From an uncultured Clostridia bacterium (lineage in GTDB: Bacteria; Bacillota; Clostridia; TANB77; CAG-508): 64,000 bases of DNA. A model generated the notes under the pieces. It was given only the letters and a program-made list of their open reading frames with translations. It was not told the origin of the DNA and searched no databases. Both the position numbers and the translations under genes were made by a program. Location: the NCBI GenBank assembly GCA_947623945.1, contig CANQHU010000001.1, forward strand, positions 15,705 to 79,704, in the 5' to 3' direction. Positions 44,301 to 52,183 of this stretch are shown here, piece by piece (position 1 is the first letter of the stretch; each line of letters opens with the position of its first letter).

Positions 44301-47047
44301 CGGGTGACAATACAAGGGTATCCTATTTAGACGGAGAGGAAATTGATATTTCATATACCGCAGAACGAACCGGTTATCGGTTTTTAGGCTGGAGCTTATC
44401 ACCGGATAATGCGACCGGTCTTGTGGAAGAGCCGCTCTTTGCCGAAACCGAAGAAATCACTTTATATGCTATCTTTGAAAAGATTGTGACGGTGACTTAT
44501 GATTATGAGACCAACGGTGGTACGGGAATATCCAGTCCAACTGAATTGGCTCCTGCTAATTCTTATGAAACCAAACCGGGTGTCCCTGTCAATTTGACTT
44601 ATACCGGACTCAAAGCAGACTATGCCTTTGTTGGCTGGAATACAAACCCGGAGGCTCATACCGGACTTTCTGAACTTATTACCGAAGAAGAGGATATTAT
44701 CTTATATGCCATTTACGAACGAACCTATACCATTACTTATCATGCCTATCAGAATACCTTTTCTGAGGAGTATACCATCTATAATAACGATGTGTATGCA
44801 TATTCATATGCGGATTATGCGCTGAAGCCAAAATCCGTGGAGCAGTTCCGGTATTACCAGCCGCGGGGAACTTCAGAACAAGCATCTCCGGGAGACACCA
44901 TGTCTTCTTATTATACAGATGTCGATTGCTATTATGATATTGAATATTTCTTACGCTATGTGGAATATACAAGCTATTATCCACCTGCATTAAAAGAAAT
45001 TGCGAGAGATACGCATTTATATCAGGATAAGAAATACGATGAATTGGACGATATCGAACAGACTTGGAATATCAAAGAATATGCAGACTGTTTGGAAACA
45101 GAAGTTCCAAAGGATACTTTATTTCAGTATTGGTATCAATTTGATAGGGAGGAAACCATCAGTCATCCGGGAGATACTTTAAAAGCGACAGCACCTGCCA
45201 TGGATATATGCGCTGAAATCAAGTATATCAAAACGGAGGCGCCAACGATAACGGTATCCGATGTGTATCAGGTGACGCTCACCCCGGGTAATATTGAAAA
45301 TGATACGCTTGATACGATATATTACCGGATAAATGGCGGAGATTATATGGAATATACAAAACCATTCCCAGTCTATAAAGACTATACGATTGAGGCATAT
45401 CAAACGACCACGCGTGGTATTTCATCTGATACCGCCAAAGTGACCGGACGGGAAAAGCCAATCGGCATTACCGCCACTTACAACGGTGGAGACAAAGAAC
45501 TCTTTGAGCGGGTAATTCCGGAGGAGGTCACCGTGACCTTGCATTATCCAAATTCGCCGGACGAGACGACAACTGATTTTACCCTTCGAGATGATGTTAT
45601 TATGAAAGAAGGCCCCAACACCGTGACCGCCGTGTACCAAGACTCGGATGAGATGGAACCCTTGACTGATTCCTTTCCCGTAAACGGCGTGCTTCCTAAG
45701 CATCCGAAGACGGCGCCGCCGGTCATCACAGTCAGTCCGGACTGTAAGGTCACCATTGCGGCAGGGCCGATACAGGACGATTTGTTAGATACGATTTATT
45801 ATCGCATCAATGGAGGTGCTTGGACAGCTTATACCGATATTTTCCCGGTTTATGGAAAGTATCAGGTGGACGCTTATCAGACCACAAAGCTATATGCCTT
45901 ATCCTCTGAGATTGCTACGGTATCCGGCACGGAGTATCCGACCGGTATCACGGCAACTTATACCGGAGACGACAAGCCGGTAGGCGACACCGTGTCCAAA
46001 TCGGAGGTGACTGTTACCGTGCATTATCCCAATTCGCCGGATAAGGAGACGACCGACTTTACCTTAGAGGACACGGAAATTACACATCCGGGATTAAATG
46101 AGGTCACGGTACACTATACAGAATATCCGGACGACCCGAAGTGCCCAACTTATACGACAACGGTCAGTGTCAATGGGGTGCTGCCGCCGGAGCCGCCAAA
46201 GGTGACGACCGACCCGCCAACGATTACCGTGCAGTCCGATTATAAAGTAAGCCTTACGCCGGGCGCCATTCAAAATGATACTTTAGACCACATTTATTAC
46301 AGGATTAACGGCGGCGACTGGCATATTTACAAGGATTTGTTCCCCGTATATAAAACCTTTACGGTCGAGGCATACCAGACTACCAAGCGGGAAGGCGTCA
46401 AATCTGACATTGTGAAACAAAGCGGCAGAGAATATCCATCCGGTATTACGGCAGAATATATCGGTGACCTGAAGGATATTGGAGAAACAGTACCGCCGGA
46501 GGAAATCATTGTCACCGTGCACTATCCAAATTCACCGGATGAGACGACCACGGATTTTACGCTTACCGATGATGTCATCACAAAAGAGGGGCCCAACACC
46601 GTGACCGTCCATTATACGGAATATCCGGATGACCCGGAATGCCCGACTTATACGACTACGGTAGAAGTCATTGGCGTTAAGACACCGGACGAACCGTCAA
46701 CTGAGCCAAAAGAAGAGACATCCACCGAAACAACAACGGAGCAGGAAAAGACGACGGAGGTTTTAACAACGGAAGAGAAGACCACCGAAGTGTCGACAAC
46801 GGAAGTGGTTACTACAACAGAGGCAACCACCGATGTTCCAAATATTACAGAGGAAGTGACAGAATCAGAAACGGTAACCGAAATGGTAACGGAAGAAGAA
46901 ACAACGGAAGAGGAAACAACAGAGAATAGCAGTGAAACGATAACGGAGGTAAAAACCGGAGATGAGGGACATCCTCTACTGGTATTATGCATCTTCCTGC
47001 TTTCTACTTTGGGATTTCTGTTCTTGGGCTTTCGTAAAAAGAGATAA
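41396..47047 (+). CDS. Giant cell-wall-anchored surface protein/adhesin (1883 aa)
   Basis: Signal peptide MMQHKTILLVVFCLLGLFLHPIIGKAES. Parallel beta-helix repeats (NCKIGIDA, DCQTGMNL, NCDIGCYF, DCKIGMKQ, QCEIGFYS). Two or three Listeria-Bacteroides (Flg_new-type) repeats (YDYETNGG...GYRFLGWS...ITLYAIFEK). Three ~165-aa repeats (IYYRINGG.W..Y...FPVY + HYPNSPDETTTDFTL). T/E-rich stalk. Sorting-signal-like TEVKTGD + hydrophobic segment + RKKR. Confidence 0.85.
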   Translation: MMQHKTILLVVFCLLGLFLHPIIGKAESKMISISSSEEWDIFLSQSDSTWDNHENTIHLQEETDVTISLSEEISLKENITFMAPPSTTITFDFTNGQFTGMGHLLVSDVSSVIFSGEMVSHMEVSNTNVSWTQSPSQNSLGILDSIFTEAPITVTPNKPIPFILKDSSLTNSPIMTPRTTTVLIDGVTLDHSDVHINTIRMGADVPSHQILDSTWTDSSLILEGETSGGGVFTFQQLTSYDNTKGLVTYNRPSTSANLGFLAMRLNEVHAYRCKESPTKFVDVSMGCYISYIRNCSFEGTTEASDKTGLLVDYGGVEEINGLTVDHFGTGISIQYGNVRGDAVQAVGDTDKLITSGYTSRCKASWQDFHIKNCTNGVAANYQSFFSADSEIFDFSIEGIEDNTTGEGFVMYNGLSDSNLTDGPEYLIPKGNLYIHDGDIKNFKIGMHCYSSSAWYVDNIAIQNVNQGLYAQNSIAGIFRRMHIMNGVGENNQGLYTTSATDFVLLDGHIDNFKTGGYTDSGVPLIIGGTIENCDVGLTTYHTAIYGVKFIHNKIGWKQRSAPNSLGFCLFDGQDKENAIGIDLNNIGTRACVGVSDVFVLYPEANTKEGEGCFENYNYIKQLASISETYSDIKKFEIKNCKIGIDANGKSGAADVAAVSIHDCQTGMNLPNYQSYFGGGVEVYNCDIGCYFGSIYTISNIMAKDESVNYPVTFRDCKIGMKQNKEENGTILTSGMVSPNYPAILFEQCEIGFYSALTLLRQVPLGFVDNEIGWKIPNEYGETKVNSWSPLLYLKGNEVGVDAEEDTLPDTGNDFNNFTADKLYMRDNEIGLRLTGRVYVNTLMDVKNSDIEIANEHGLLIIGGGASKDNALTFTVPDTSLQETGRFVATGKTSSQEAVKNAEITNEGLVLNPEDPGIYRFTPKEGGGHQHDDKFISGSPGDPGSNWYLVIHSGCYVNYDYETNGGESWTGDNTRVSYLDGEEIDISYTAERTGYRFLGWSLSPDNATGLVEEPLFAETEEITLYAIFEKIVTVTYDYETNGGTGISSPTELAPANSYETKPGVPVNLTYTGLKADYAFVGWNTNPEAHTGLSELITEEEDIILYAIYERTYTITYHAYQNTFSEEYTIYNNDVYAYSYADYALKPKSVEQFRYYQPRGTSEQASPGDTMSSYYTDVDCYYDIEYFLRYVEYTSYYPPALKEIARDTHLYQDKKYDELDDIEQTWNIKEYADCLETEVPKDTLFQYWYQFDREETISHPGDTLKATAPAMDICAEIKYIKTEAPTITVSDVYQVTLTPGNIENDTLDTIYYRINGGDYMEYTKPFPVYKDYTIEAYQTTTRGISSDTAKVTGREKPIGITATYNGGDKELFERVIPEEVTVTLHYPNSPDETTTDFTLRDDVIMKEGPNTVTAVYQDSDEMEPLTDSFPVNGVLPKHPKTAPPVITVSPDCKVTIAAGPIQDDLLDTIYYRINGGAWTAYTDIFPVYGKYQVDAYQTTKLYALSSEIATVSGTEYPTGITATYTGDDKPVGDTVSKSEVTVTVHYPNSPDKETTDFTLEDTEITHPGLNEVTVHYTEYPDDPKCPTYTTTVSVNGVLPPEPPKVTTDPPTITVQSDYKVSLTPGAIQNDTLDHIYYRINGGDWHIYKDLFPVYKTFTVEAYQTTKREGVKSDIVKQSGREYPSGITAEYIGDLKDIGETVPPEEIIVTVHYPNSPDETTTDFTLTDDVITKEGPNTVTVHYTEYPDDPECPTYTTTVEVIGVKTPDEPSTEPKEETSTETTTEQEKTTEVLTTEEKTTEVSTTEVVTTTEATTDVPNITEEVTESETVTEMVTEEETTEEETTENSSETITEVKTGDEGHPLLVLCIFLLSTLGFLFLGFRKKR

Positions 47048-47056
47048 GGGATGTTC

Positions 47057-47148
47057 TTGACAAAGAAATCAGCCTTTGTTATACTCAAGTTGCGTGAAAT
47101 CTTTGAATATTTGGGAATGGAGCTGGGTATTACCCGGCTCTTTCCTTT
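47057..47148 (+). ncRNA. Promoter - ~57-nt transcript - terminator unit (p1)
   Basis: TTGACA 47057-47062, 17 nt, TATACT 47080-47085. Terminator GAGCTGGGT/ACCCGGCTC 47120-47140. Confidence 0.4.
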
Positions 47149-47152
47149 CGTC

Positions 47153-47300
47153 TTGACAAGAAATGTTTCTTATGATACGATAATCTTACCTTGTAAGTTT
47201 GTTTTTGGACACCTCCAAAACAGATACAGGTGCGGTACTCATTCACGAGACCAACCTATCCTCAAATGCCTTTGCGAAAGCAGGGGCATTTCCCCATTCT
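47153..47300 (+). ncRNA. Promoter - ~110-nt transcript - GNRA-capped hairpin unit (p2), contains CCUCC
   Basis: TTGACA 47153-47158, 17 nt, TGaTACGAT 47173-47181. CCTCC at 47212-47216. An 11-bp stem AATGCCTTTGC-gaaa-GCAGGGGCATT at 47265-47290. Confidence 0.35.
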
Positions 47301-47316
47301 AATTTCTACTATTGTA

Positions 47317-47420
47317 GATACAACGGTATAACCTTATGATATAATAACAATGCATAAATTGTCTTCTTATAAGCATAAATTCCGGAAAAGAGCCTGCTCT
47401 GTCAGGTTCTTTTCTATTTT
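47317..47420 (+). ncRNA. Promoter - ~68-nt transcript - terminator unit (p3)
   Basis: Extended -10 TGaTATAAT 47337-47345 (weak -35 GATACA). Terminator AGAGCCTG/CAGGTTCT 47389-47410 plus T run. Confidence 0.4.
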
Positions 47421-47424
47421 CCCA

Positions 47425-47530
47425 TTGACAAATTCAATTCGTTATGTTATGATTATCATGGAATTTGTATTGACTTTCATGGCATAAGTCAACTTACTGG
47501 AAAAGAGCCTGCTTTGTCAGGCTCTTTTTC
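47425..47530 (+). ncRNA. Promoter - ~70-nt transcript - terminator unit (p4)
   Basis: TTGACA 47425-47430, 17 nt, TATGAT 47448-47453. Hairpin TTGACTT/AAGTCAA. Terminator AAGAGCCTG/CAGGCTCTT 47503-47526 plus T5, near-identical to the p3 terminator. Confidence 0.45.
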
Positions 47531-47543
47531 ATTGACAATTCGG

Positions 47544-47685
47544 TTGACAAGGTTTTCTGTTTTTTTTATAATAAGAGTGTCGAGTGTTACTCTTTTTGTG
47601 TTTGCTTGTTCTACGAGTTAGGACGAGAATAGTGTCTCCTTAAAAGTATCCGAAAATGGACGGTTCTTGCCGTTCATTTTTGGTT
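47544..47685 (+). ncRNA. Promoter - ~105-nt transcript - terminator unit (p5)
   Basis: TTGACA 47544-47549, 17 nt, TATAAT 47567-47572 (full consensus). Terminator ATGGACGG/CCGTTCAT 47656-47677 plus T5. Confidence 0.45.
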
Positions 47686-47701
47686 TTTGTTCACCACCCG
47701 A

Positions 47702-47825
47702 TTGACAGAATTTGTGAACTTATGGTAGAATGAAATTGCCATAGATAGGTTCTCATTTGGACGGTCCAAATGCGTCCTATACCATTCCGAGGCTCCCTAT
47801 CTCATAGGGAGCCTCCTTTTTTTTC
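47702..47825 (+). ncRNA. Promoter - ~88-nt transcript - terminator unit (p6)
   Basis: TTGACA 47702-47707, 18 nt, TGgTAGAAT 47723-47731. A 12-bp terminator GAGGCTCCCTAT/ATAGGGAGCCTC at 47789-47815 plus T8. Confidence 0.45.
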
Positions 47826-47873
47826 GGCTGCGAATACTCGCAGCCTTTTTCTTGGGGCTAAGCCCCATACCCC
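47826..47873 (+). repeat. Two-hairpin module copy 1 (variable stem with TAC loop + TGGGGC..GCCCCA + CCCC)
   Basis: GGCTGCG-aatact-CGCAGCC, ttttt, TGGGGC-taa-GCCCCA, ta, CCCCA. Confidence 0.5.
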
Positions 47874-47957
47874 AATTAATTTTTGAATTCCTTAATTTGC
47901 CATCGGCCGGCTGTTACAGGTCGGCCATTTCCTCCCCTTATTTATTTTTTGTTAGTA

Positions 47958-48085
47958 AGACGAATGGAGCATCAGGCAAGCATAGCTTAAGGTGGATGCC
48001 GGGGCTATGAACAGTTTCCGTTGTAGAGGGTACGCTGAATCCCGGGCCGGGATATTCGACTGGTATCCCTGTTCCATTCGTTTTT
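47958..48085 (+). ncRNA. Candidate ~125-nt structured RNA closed by a 9-bp stem and ending in a U run
   Basis: ACGAATGGA (47960-47968) pairs with TCCATTCGT (48073-48081), followed by TTTT. Internal helices GCATC/GATGC, AAGC/GCTT and GGGATA/TATCCC. CCGGGAT (48047-48053) can alternatively pair with ATCCCGG (48039-48045). No promoter identified. Confidence 0.25.
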
Positions 48086-48103
48086 CTTCTTTGTAAGAGG
48101 GTG

Positions 48104-48132
48104 TTGCTTTCCGCTTTCGATTCTATTATAAT
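48104..48132 (+). promoter_or_regulatory. Promoter TTGCTT-17-TATAAT of 48163-49002
   Basis: TTGCTT 48104-48109, TATAAT 48127-48132. Confidence 0.45.
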
Positions 48133-48162
48133 AGACATAGGAATGGAAAGGAGAGAGAATCT

Positions 48163-49002
48163 ATGGCCAAAATTAAATTACATTTGCCTCCCATGTATAA
48201 TCGGTGGCATCAGATAAAAAAGGAAAATACGAAATTTGCGCTGTATCAGTATTTGAGCGCATTGACTGATATAATGGATAGAATAAACGGAACTACATCG
48301 GAATTGGTCGGTTACTTGGAAGACCATGCCTTTCCCGATGCTTATGTGCCAGATATTCCGGTGGTAGAGGGTGAGCTATCCAGTCAATCGTCAATTACGA
48401 TTCCGGAGGAATATGAGGAATTGTTGGACGAGCCGGGATTATCCCCTGCTACGGCATTTCTATTAATCATTCAGATAACGATGCGATTATCGGCCCAATA
48501 TGGGACTTCCCTGTTAAAATTAACACGAGTCGTTGAAAAGTTGATTCCTGATTCCGATGAAGAACCAGAGGAAATCATAGCACATCAGCTGCATATTACA
48601 AAGCAGTCAAGGAGTAGGAACGATACAATTTCGCAAAAGGAGCGAAATCAAGTTCAGCAGGACGAGTCGAACGATACTGTTCCGCATGACAAGTCGAACG
48701 CCGTTCCTTCCCGGTCGAACGATACAGTTCGACCTACCGCGTCGAACGATACAGTTCGACCCAACCCGTCGAACGATACAGTTCGACCCAACCCGTCGAA
48801 CGATACAGTTCGACCCAACGCGTCAGAGAAGAAAATGCCTCCAAAGGCGTCCTCTTCGCCTCAGCCGGTCGAGTCTTCACCTACTGAGGAGCCAGTAAAT
48901 GAAGAACTTCTCTCCCGCTTACAAGGATTGGTGGACCGGGGCAAAGACCTTATGGAAGAAACCCCAGTGGAAACCAATCCCCTTTTAAAAGATTTCCTGT
49001 AA
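48163..49002 (+). CDS. Hypothetical protein (279 aa) with SNDTVRP(N/T)(P/A) nonapeptide repeats
   Basis: ORF track. SD aaaggagagagaatctATG. Confidence 0.6.
   Translation: MAKIKLHLPPMYNRWHQIKKENTKFALYQYLSALTDIMDRINGTTSELVGYLEDHAFPDAYVPDIPVVEGELSSQSSITIPEEYEELLDEPGLSPATAFLLIIQITMRLSAQYGTSLLKLTRVVEKLIPDSDEEPEEIIAHQLHITKQSRSRNDTISQKERNQVQQDESNDTVPHDKSNAVPSRSNDTVRPTASNDTVRPNPSNDTVRPNPSNDTVRPNASEKKMPPKASSSPQPVESSPTEEPVNEELLSRLQGLVDRGKDLMEETPVETNPLLKDFL
48666..48821. repeat. 27-bp phased repeats inside the CDS, four of them perfect 20-bp palindromes GTCGAAC-gataca-GTTCGAC
   Basis: Palindromes at 48714-48733, 48741-48760, 48768-48787 and 48795-48814. Degenerate copies at 48666 and 48693. Confidence 0.85.
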
Positions 49003-49015
49003 AGGAGGGCCAATT

Positions 49016-49531
49016 ATGACACACTTCTTTGATATGGACGGGACATTAGCTGTCTATGAACCGGAAATCTTTCAAACGCAACCGTGGTATGAAAATTTAC
49101 CACCTCATTATTTTGCAAATTTACCGCCAATATCTTCGGCTGTCAATTACATCTTATCGTTGTTGGAAATGGACCGACGGTCTATTTATGTGTGTACGAC
49201 CGTGGCCATTTTGGACAACGATAAAGCATTCTATGAGATTACAACGGATAAAATCCGTTGGATACAGATGCATTTAAAAGGCCGGCTTTTGGCTGACCAC
49301 TTTTTGGTAGCACGGTTGCCCCGAGGTGATAATTTGACACAGGCGGGCAGTTATACCAAATCGGCGGTTGCAATGGCACGCTTAGAGCGGCCCTTACAAG
49401 AAACCGATTACCTCTATGATGATTTCAATCCCAATTTAAATGATTGGAGAGACCACGGAGGTACACCCATTAAGGTATTAAATGGAATCAATTCTTATCG
49501 GGACGATATGAATTGCATTTCCTTTTCCTAG
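49016..49531 (+). CDS. HAD-superfamily phosphatase, 5'(3')-deoxyribonucleotidase-like (171 aa)
   Basis: N-terminal DxDxT motif FFDMDGTLAVY. Size and layout resemble NT5C-type enzymes. Confidence 0.55.
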   Translation: MTHFFDMDGTLAVYEPEIFQTQPWYENLPPHYFANLPPISSAVNYILSLLEMDRRSIYVCTTVAILDNDKAFYEITTDKIRWIQMHLKGRLLADHFLVARLPRGDNLTQAGSYTKSAVAMARLERPLQETDYLYDDFNPNLNDWRDHGGTPIKVLNGINSYRDDMNCISFS

Positions 49532-49626
49532 CTCATCTATCAAATCATAGATAGAAGGAGTAACGAAGGCGCTTGGAAACGAGCGTCTTTTTGTATAAAA
49601 AAAAGAAATGAAAGGGAGGAAACCAA

Positions 49627-50034
49627 ATGAACACATTATTAGAAAACTCTGCCATTTTAGCAGCACTGGAACACATTCGGAATCATCCGAATTATGAAGT
49701 TGTCACCGTATCACCCATTCAGCAAATTGAGACAGAAACCTTTCCGTTTGAAACCGTGTCTTATGGACAACGGATTTCCATTACGGAGAATGAAGACCCG
49801 GCAAATCCGGTTGTTGTGCAGTTTTCCGCCATGCAAAAGATGACGGTTACTTATTTTGGTGCACTTCGACGGTTGGTCAAAGCAACGATTATCGGCGGGT
49901 GTGACGGTGTGCGTTATATCTATGGAAGTGCAAAAGACCAAGATAATAAGGTCATTGCACAAAAACAGGGCGTTGGATTAATATCCTGCGAATTCGTAGG
50001 AGATGTTGCCATCACCCAATGTGTCAATTTATAA
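49627..50034 (+). CDS. Hypothetical protein (135 aa), paralog of 50113-50553
   Basis: VQFSAMQKMTVTYF / GGCDGVRYIY vs IRFSATEKMEVTYY / AGFDGVRWYY. Confidence 0.55.
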   Translation: MNTLLENSAILAALEHIRNHPNYEVVTVSPIQQIETETFPFETVSYGQRISITENEDPANPVVVQFSAMQKMTVTYFGALRRLVKATIIGGCDGVRYIYGSAKDQDNKVIAQKQGVGLISCEFVGDVAITQCVNL

Positions 50035-50048
50035 TCTTTGTTTCTTCA

Positions 50049-50075
50049 GGGACACCCAGCGTGTCCCTTTTTTTA
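50049..50075 (+). terminator. Intrinsic terminator GGGACAC-ccagc-GTGTCCC + T8
   Basis: Read directly. Confidence 0.6.
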
Positions 50076-50112
50076 TATGTCACTTATTTTTTCATTTGAA
50101 AGGAGAATCATT

Positions 50113-50553
50113 ATGTTAAAGTATGTAAAGGGAGACTATGAAACGGTACCGGCGAAAAATAGTGCATTGGAGGCATTGTTTGAGCGCTTTCAGAAAGAAG
50201 TCTTTGTCATATCCCATTCTGAGGTGACCTTTGTGGACACGGAAAAAGAGGTCTTAGACCCATGTTCCACCATTCGCCATGGAGAGACCATTAAAACCAT
50301 CGACGATTCTTGCATTGATGTTGCAGAAATTCGTTTTTCCGCAACGGAGAAAATGGAAGTTACTTATTACGACGAGACAAAGGCGGAACCACAAAAAGCG
50401 GTTTTGTTAGCAGGCTTTGATGGCGTTCGCTGGTATTATGAAGATGTGGAAGAGACATCGGAGGCCAAGGGACTCTGGGGCGTGTACCGCGGCTGTACGA
50501 AAATGGAGTTTGTTGGCGAAGCCGCTTCCCTTCACAAGTGTTTACAGTATTAA
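50113..50553 (+). CDS. Hypothetical protein (146 aa), paralog of 49627-50034
   Basis: ORF track 50038-50553. ATG M26 (MLKYVKGDYE) has SD ggagaatcattATG. Confidence 0.55.
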   Translation: MLKYVKGDYETVPAKNSALEALFERFQKEVFVISHSEVTFVDTEKEVLDPCSTIRHGETIKTIDDSCIDVAEIRFSATEKMEVTYYDETKAEPQKAVLLAGFDGVRWYYEDVEETSEAKGLWGVYRGCTKMEFVGEAASLHKCLQY

Positions 50554-50617
50554 GAAGCATTCGGCGTCTGGGAGACCTCTCAGGCGCCTTATTTTTGAAA
50601 AAGAGAGGAGAACAAAA

Positions 50618-50929
50618 ATGGTAGCACAAGAATTCATAAAAGAATGGAAAAAATTGGGATATACCCAAATCCGCTTTAATTTATGGCGGGGCTGCCGGTT
50701 ATATGTCAATTTAAAGGATGTGCCGGCATTTTGTTATGCTCTTGATGAGCGGCATCATGGGATTTGTTACATTAAGACGCCGAAGAAGTTGCAGGGACAG
50801 CAGTTTGCAGACGCTAAGAAAATGGGTAAGTTTGTTTCTTCTCATTTACAGGAGATTTTAGACGAGCTGGAAGACGGCGTTTATTACAATGAAACAAAAT
50901 TTGACGAAAGGGAGGAATTGGCGGTATGA
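50618..50929 (+). CDS. Hypothetical protein (103 aa)
   Basis: ORF track 50417-50929. ATG M68 (MVAQEFIKEW) has SD gagaggag. Confidence 0.5.
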   Translation: MVAQEFIKEWKKLGYTQIRFNLWRGCRLYVNLKDVPAFCYALDERHHGICYIKTPKKLQGQQFADAKKMGKFVSSHLQEILDELEDGVYYNETKFDEREELAV

Positions 50930-51102
50930 AAATCATTGACAACAACATTGAGGATTTAAATATTCCGGACGATGTGGAGACACTGGTCATCTCCTCCGGA
51001 GTGCACATTGGAACTTTAACAGTCCATAGCTTACAGTCACTTATCATCTCTTCACAGGTATTTCCTGCGGAGGACGGAAAATTATGTTTGCCAAAGAAAT
51101 AG
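50926..51102 (+). CDS. Small ORF (58 aa), ATGA-coupled to the previous gene
   Basis: My translation is MKIIDNNIEDLNIPDDVETLVISSGVHIGTLTVHSLQSLIISSQVFPAEDGKLCLPKK. It is below the ORF-track length cutoff. Confidence 0.35.
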   Translation: MKIIDNNIEDLNIPDDVETLVISSGVHIGTLTVHSLQSLIISSQVFPAEDGKLCLPKK

Positions 51103-51115
51103 GGAGGGATAAAGT

Positions 51116-51631
51116 ATGGATAAAACCACAATTGTCAGTAAAGTATATGCATTGCAAAAGGGCTTATCGGTCGGTATGGACATTTTAGTACATACCAACG
51201 AAGAAGATGTGGTACAGAAATTACAGGATATCAAAGAACCATATCCCGGTGAGGATATCTTAAAGTTAAACTTTAATCAGGGTATTGAACAGATACTGGA
51301 TTTGATTGGTTTTGCTGAAGTGAAGACGAAGCTGCCGTTTCTTGTTTATCGCTGGTGGGACGAGGAAACGGTCCAGTATTTAATCACCGGAGAGACTTCG
51401 GATTTGATACGGTTATTAAATCATCCGGAGGTGGAACAGTACCGGCTGTTTTGTGCAAAACCGGAGCTCATACCGGGTCGGAACTATGCCATCCACTTTG
51501 ATGACAAGAAGAGATGGACCGTTCATACGCTTTCCAGTATGCAGCAGGCCATCGACGAGGGCGACTGGAAGCGTTTGGCTGGTACCGGCGTCTTTTCTAC
51601 CGTGACCGGCGCATTCATTTGGGACGATTAA
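51116..51631 (+). CDS. Hypothetical protein (171 aa)
   Basis: ORF track. SD agggagggataaagtATG. Confidence 0.55.
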   Translation: MDKTTIVSKVYALQKGLSVGMDILVHTNEEDVVQKLQDIKEPYPGEDILKLNFNQGIEQILDLIGFAEVKTKLPFLVYRWWDEETVQYLITGETSDLIRLLNHPEVEQYRLFCAKPELIPGRNYAIHFDDKKRWTVHTLSSMQQAIDEGDWKRLAGTGVFSTVTGAFIWDD

Positions 51632-51636
51632 GTGTC

Positions 51637-51692
51637 TTACCCGATTGTTACACAATCGGGTAAATCTGGGGACACAAGTGTCCCCATACCCC
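51637..51692 (+). repeat. Two-hairpin module copy 2
   Basis: TTACCCGATTGT-tac-ACAATCGGGTAA, atc, TGGGGACAC-aa-GTGTCCCCA, ta, CCCC. Confidence 0.5.
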
Positions 51693-51777
51693 TTATTATT
51701 TCTGATAAAATCAAATTTCTTATCATCATTCATCACGGTCACTCAAACATATTACATATAAAATTAGGAGGTATCTT

Positions 51778-52053
51778 ATGAGTACAAGAAAGAAACTGGG
51801 AGAAATCACAAAAGAAGTATTAGACGTAACCATCGAAACAGAGGATTTATTTCCTTATGTAGAGTCAGACAAGCCAAGCACAGACCCGGATGTTATGGGC
51901 ATTGCTGTCACAAAGAAAGAGAATTTTCTTGTGTATTCTACAGATGCGCGCGGTAAGATGTATCACACATCTGTTCACTTTACGCGCGGTGCAGCGTATG
52001 CAATGTTGTTAAAGCGTATGCGTGCCAGAGTTGCATCTGTCGCAGAGGCATAA
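51778..52053 (+). CDS. Small protein (91 aa), paralog of 52184-52444
   Basis: LGEITKEVLDVTIETEDL...MGIAVTKKENFLVYSTDARGKMYHTSVH vs LTAITKKVLMNTIAEENL...MAIGKTKAGNFIVYETKENGKMKNMSVH. Confidence 0.6.
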   Translation: MSTRKKLGEITKEVLDVTIETEDLFPYVESDKPSTDPDVMGIAVTKKENFLVYSTDARGKMYHTSVHFTRGAAYAMLLKRMRARVASVAEA

Positions 52054-52063
52054 GCGTCATTTA

Positions 52064-52095
52064 CAGGCTGGGGTGATACCCCGGCCTGATTTTAT
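52064..52095 (+). terminator. Intrinsic terminator CAGGCTGGGGT-gat-ACCCCGGCCTG + T run
   Basis: Read directly. Confidence 0.55.
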
Positions 52096-52183
52096 TTTTA
52101 AAAGGAAAATCTTACGGGATTTACAGTTTGTTTCATACAAACTCACATACAAATCATTTCATTTATTTTAGGAGGTATGGATT

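Noticed and set aside
47051-47302. 83-aa ORF downstream of the adhesin gene, and the 88-aa ORF 40625-40891
   Set aside because: Both run through intrinsic terminators and consensus promoters, have no SD, and have implausible composition.
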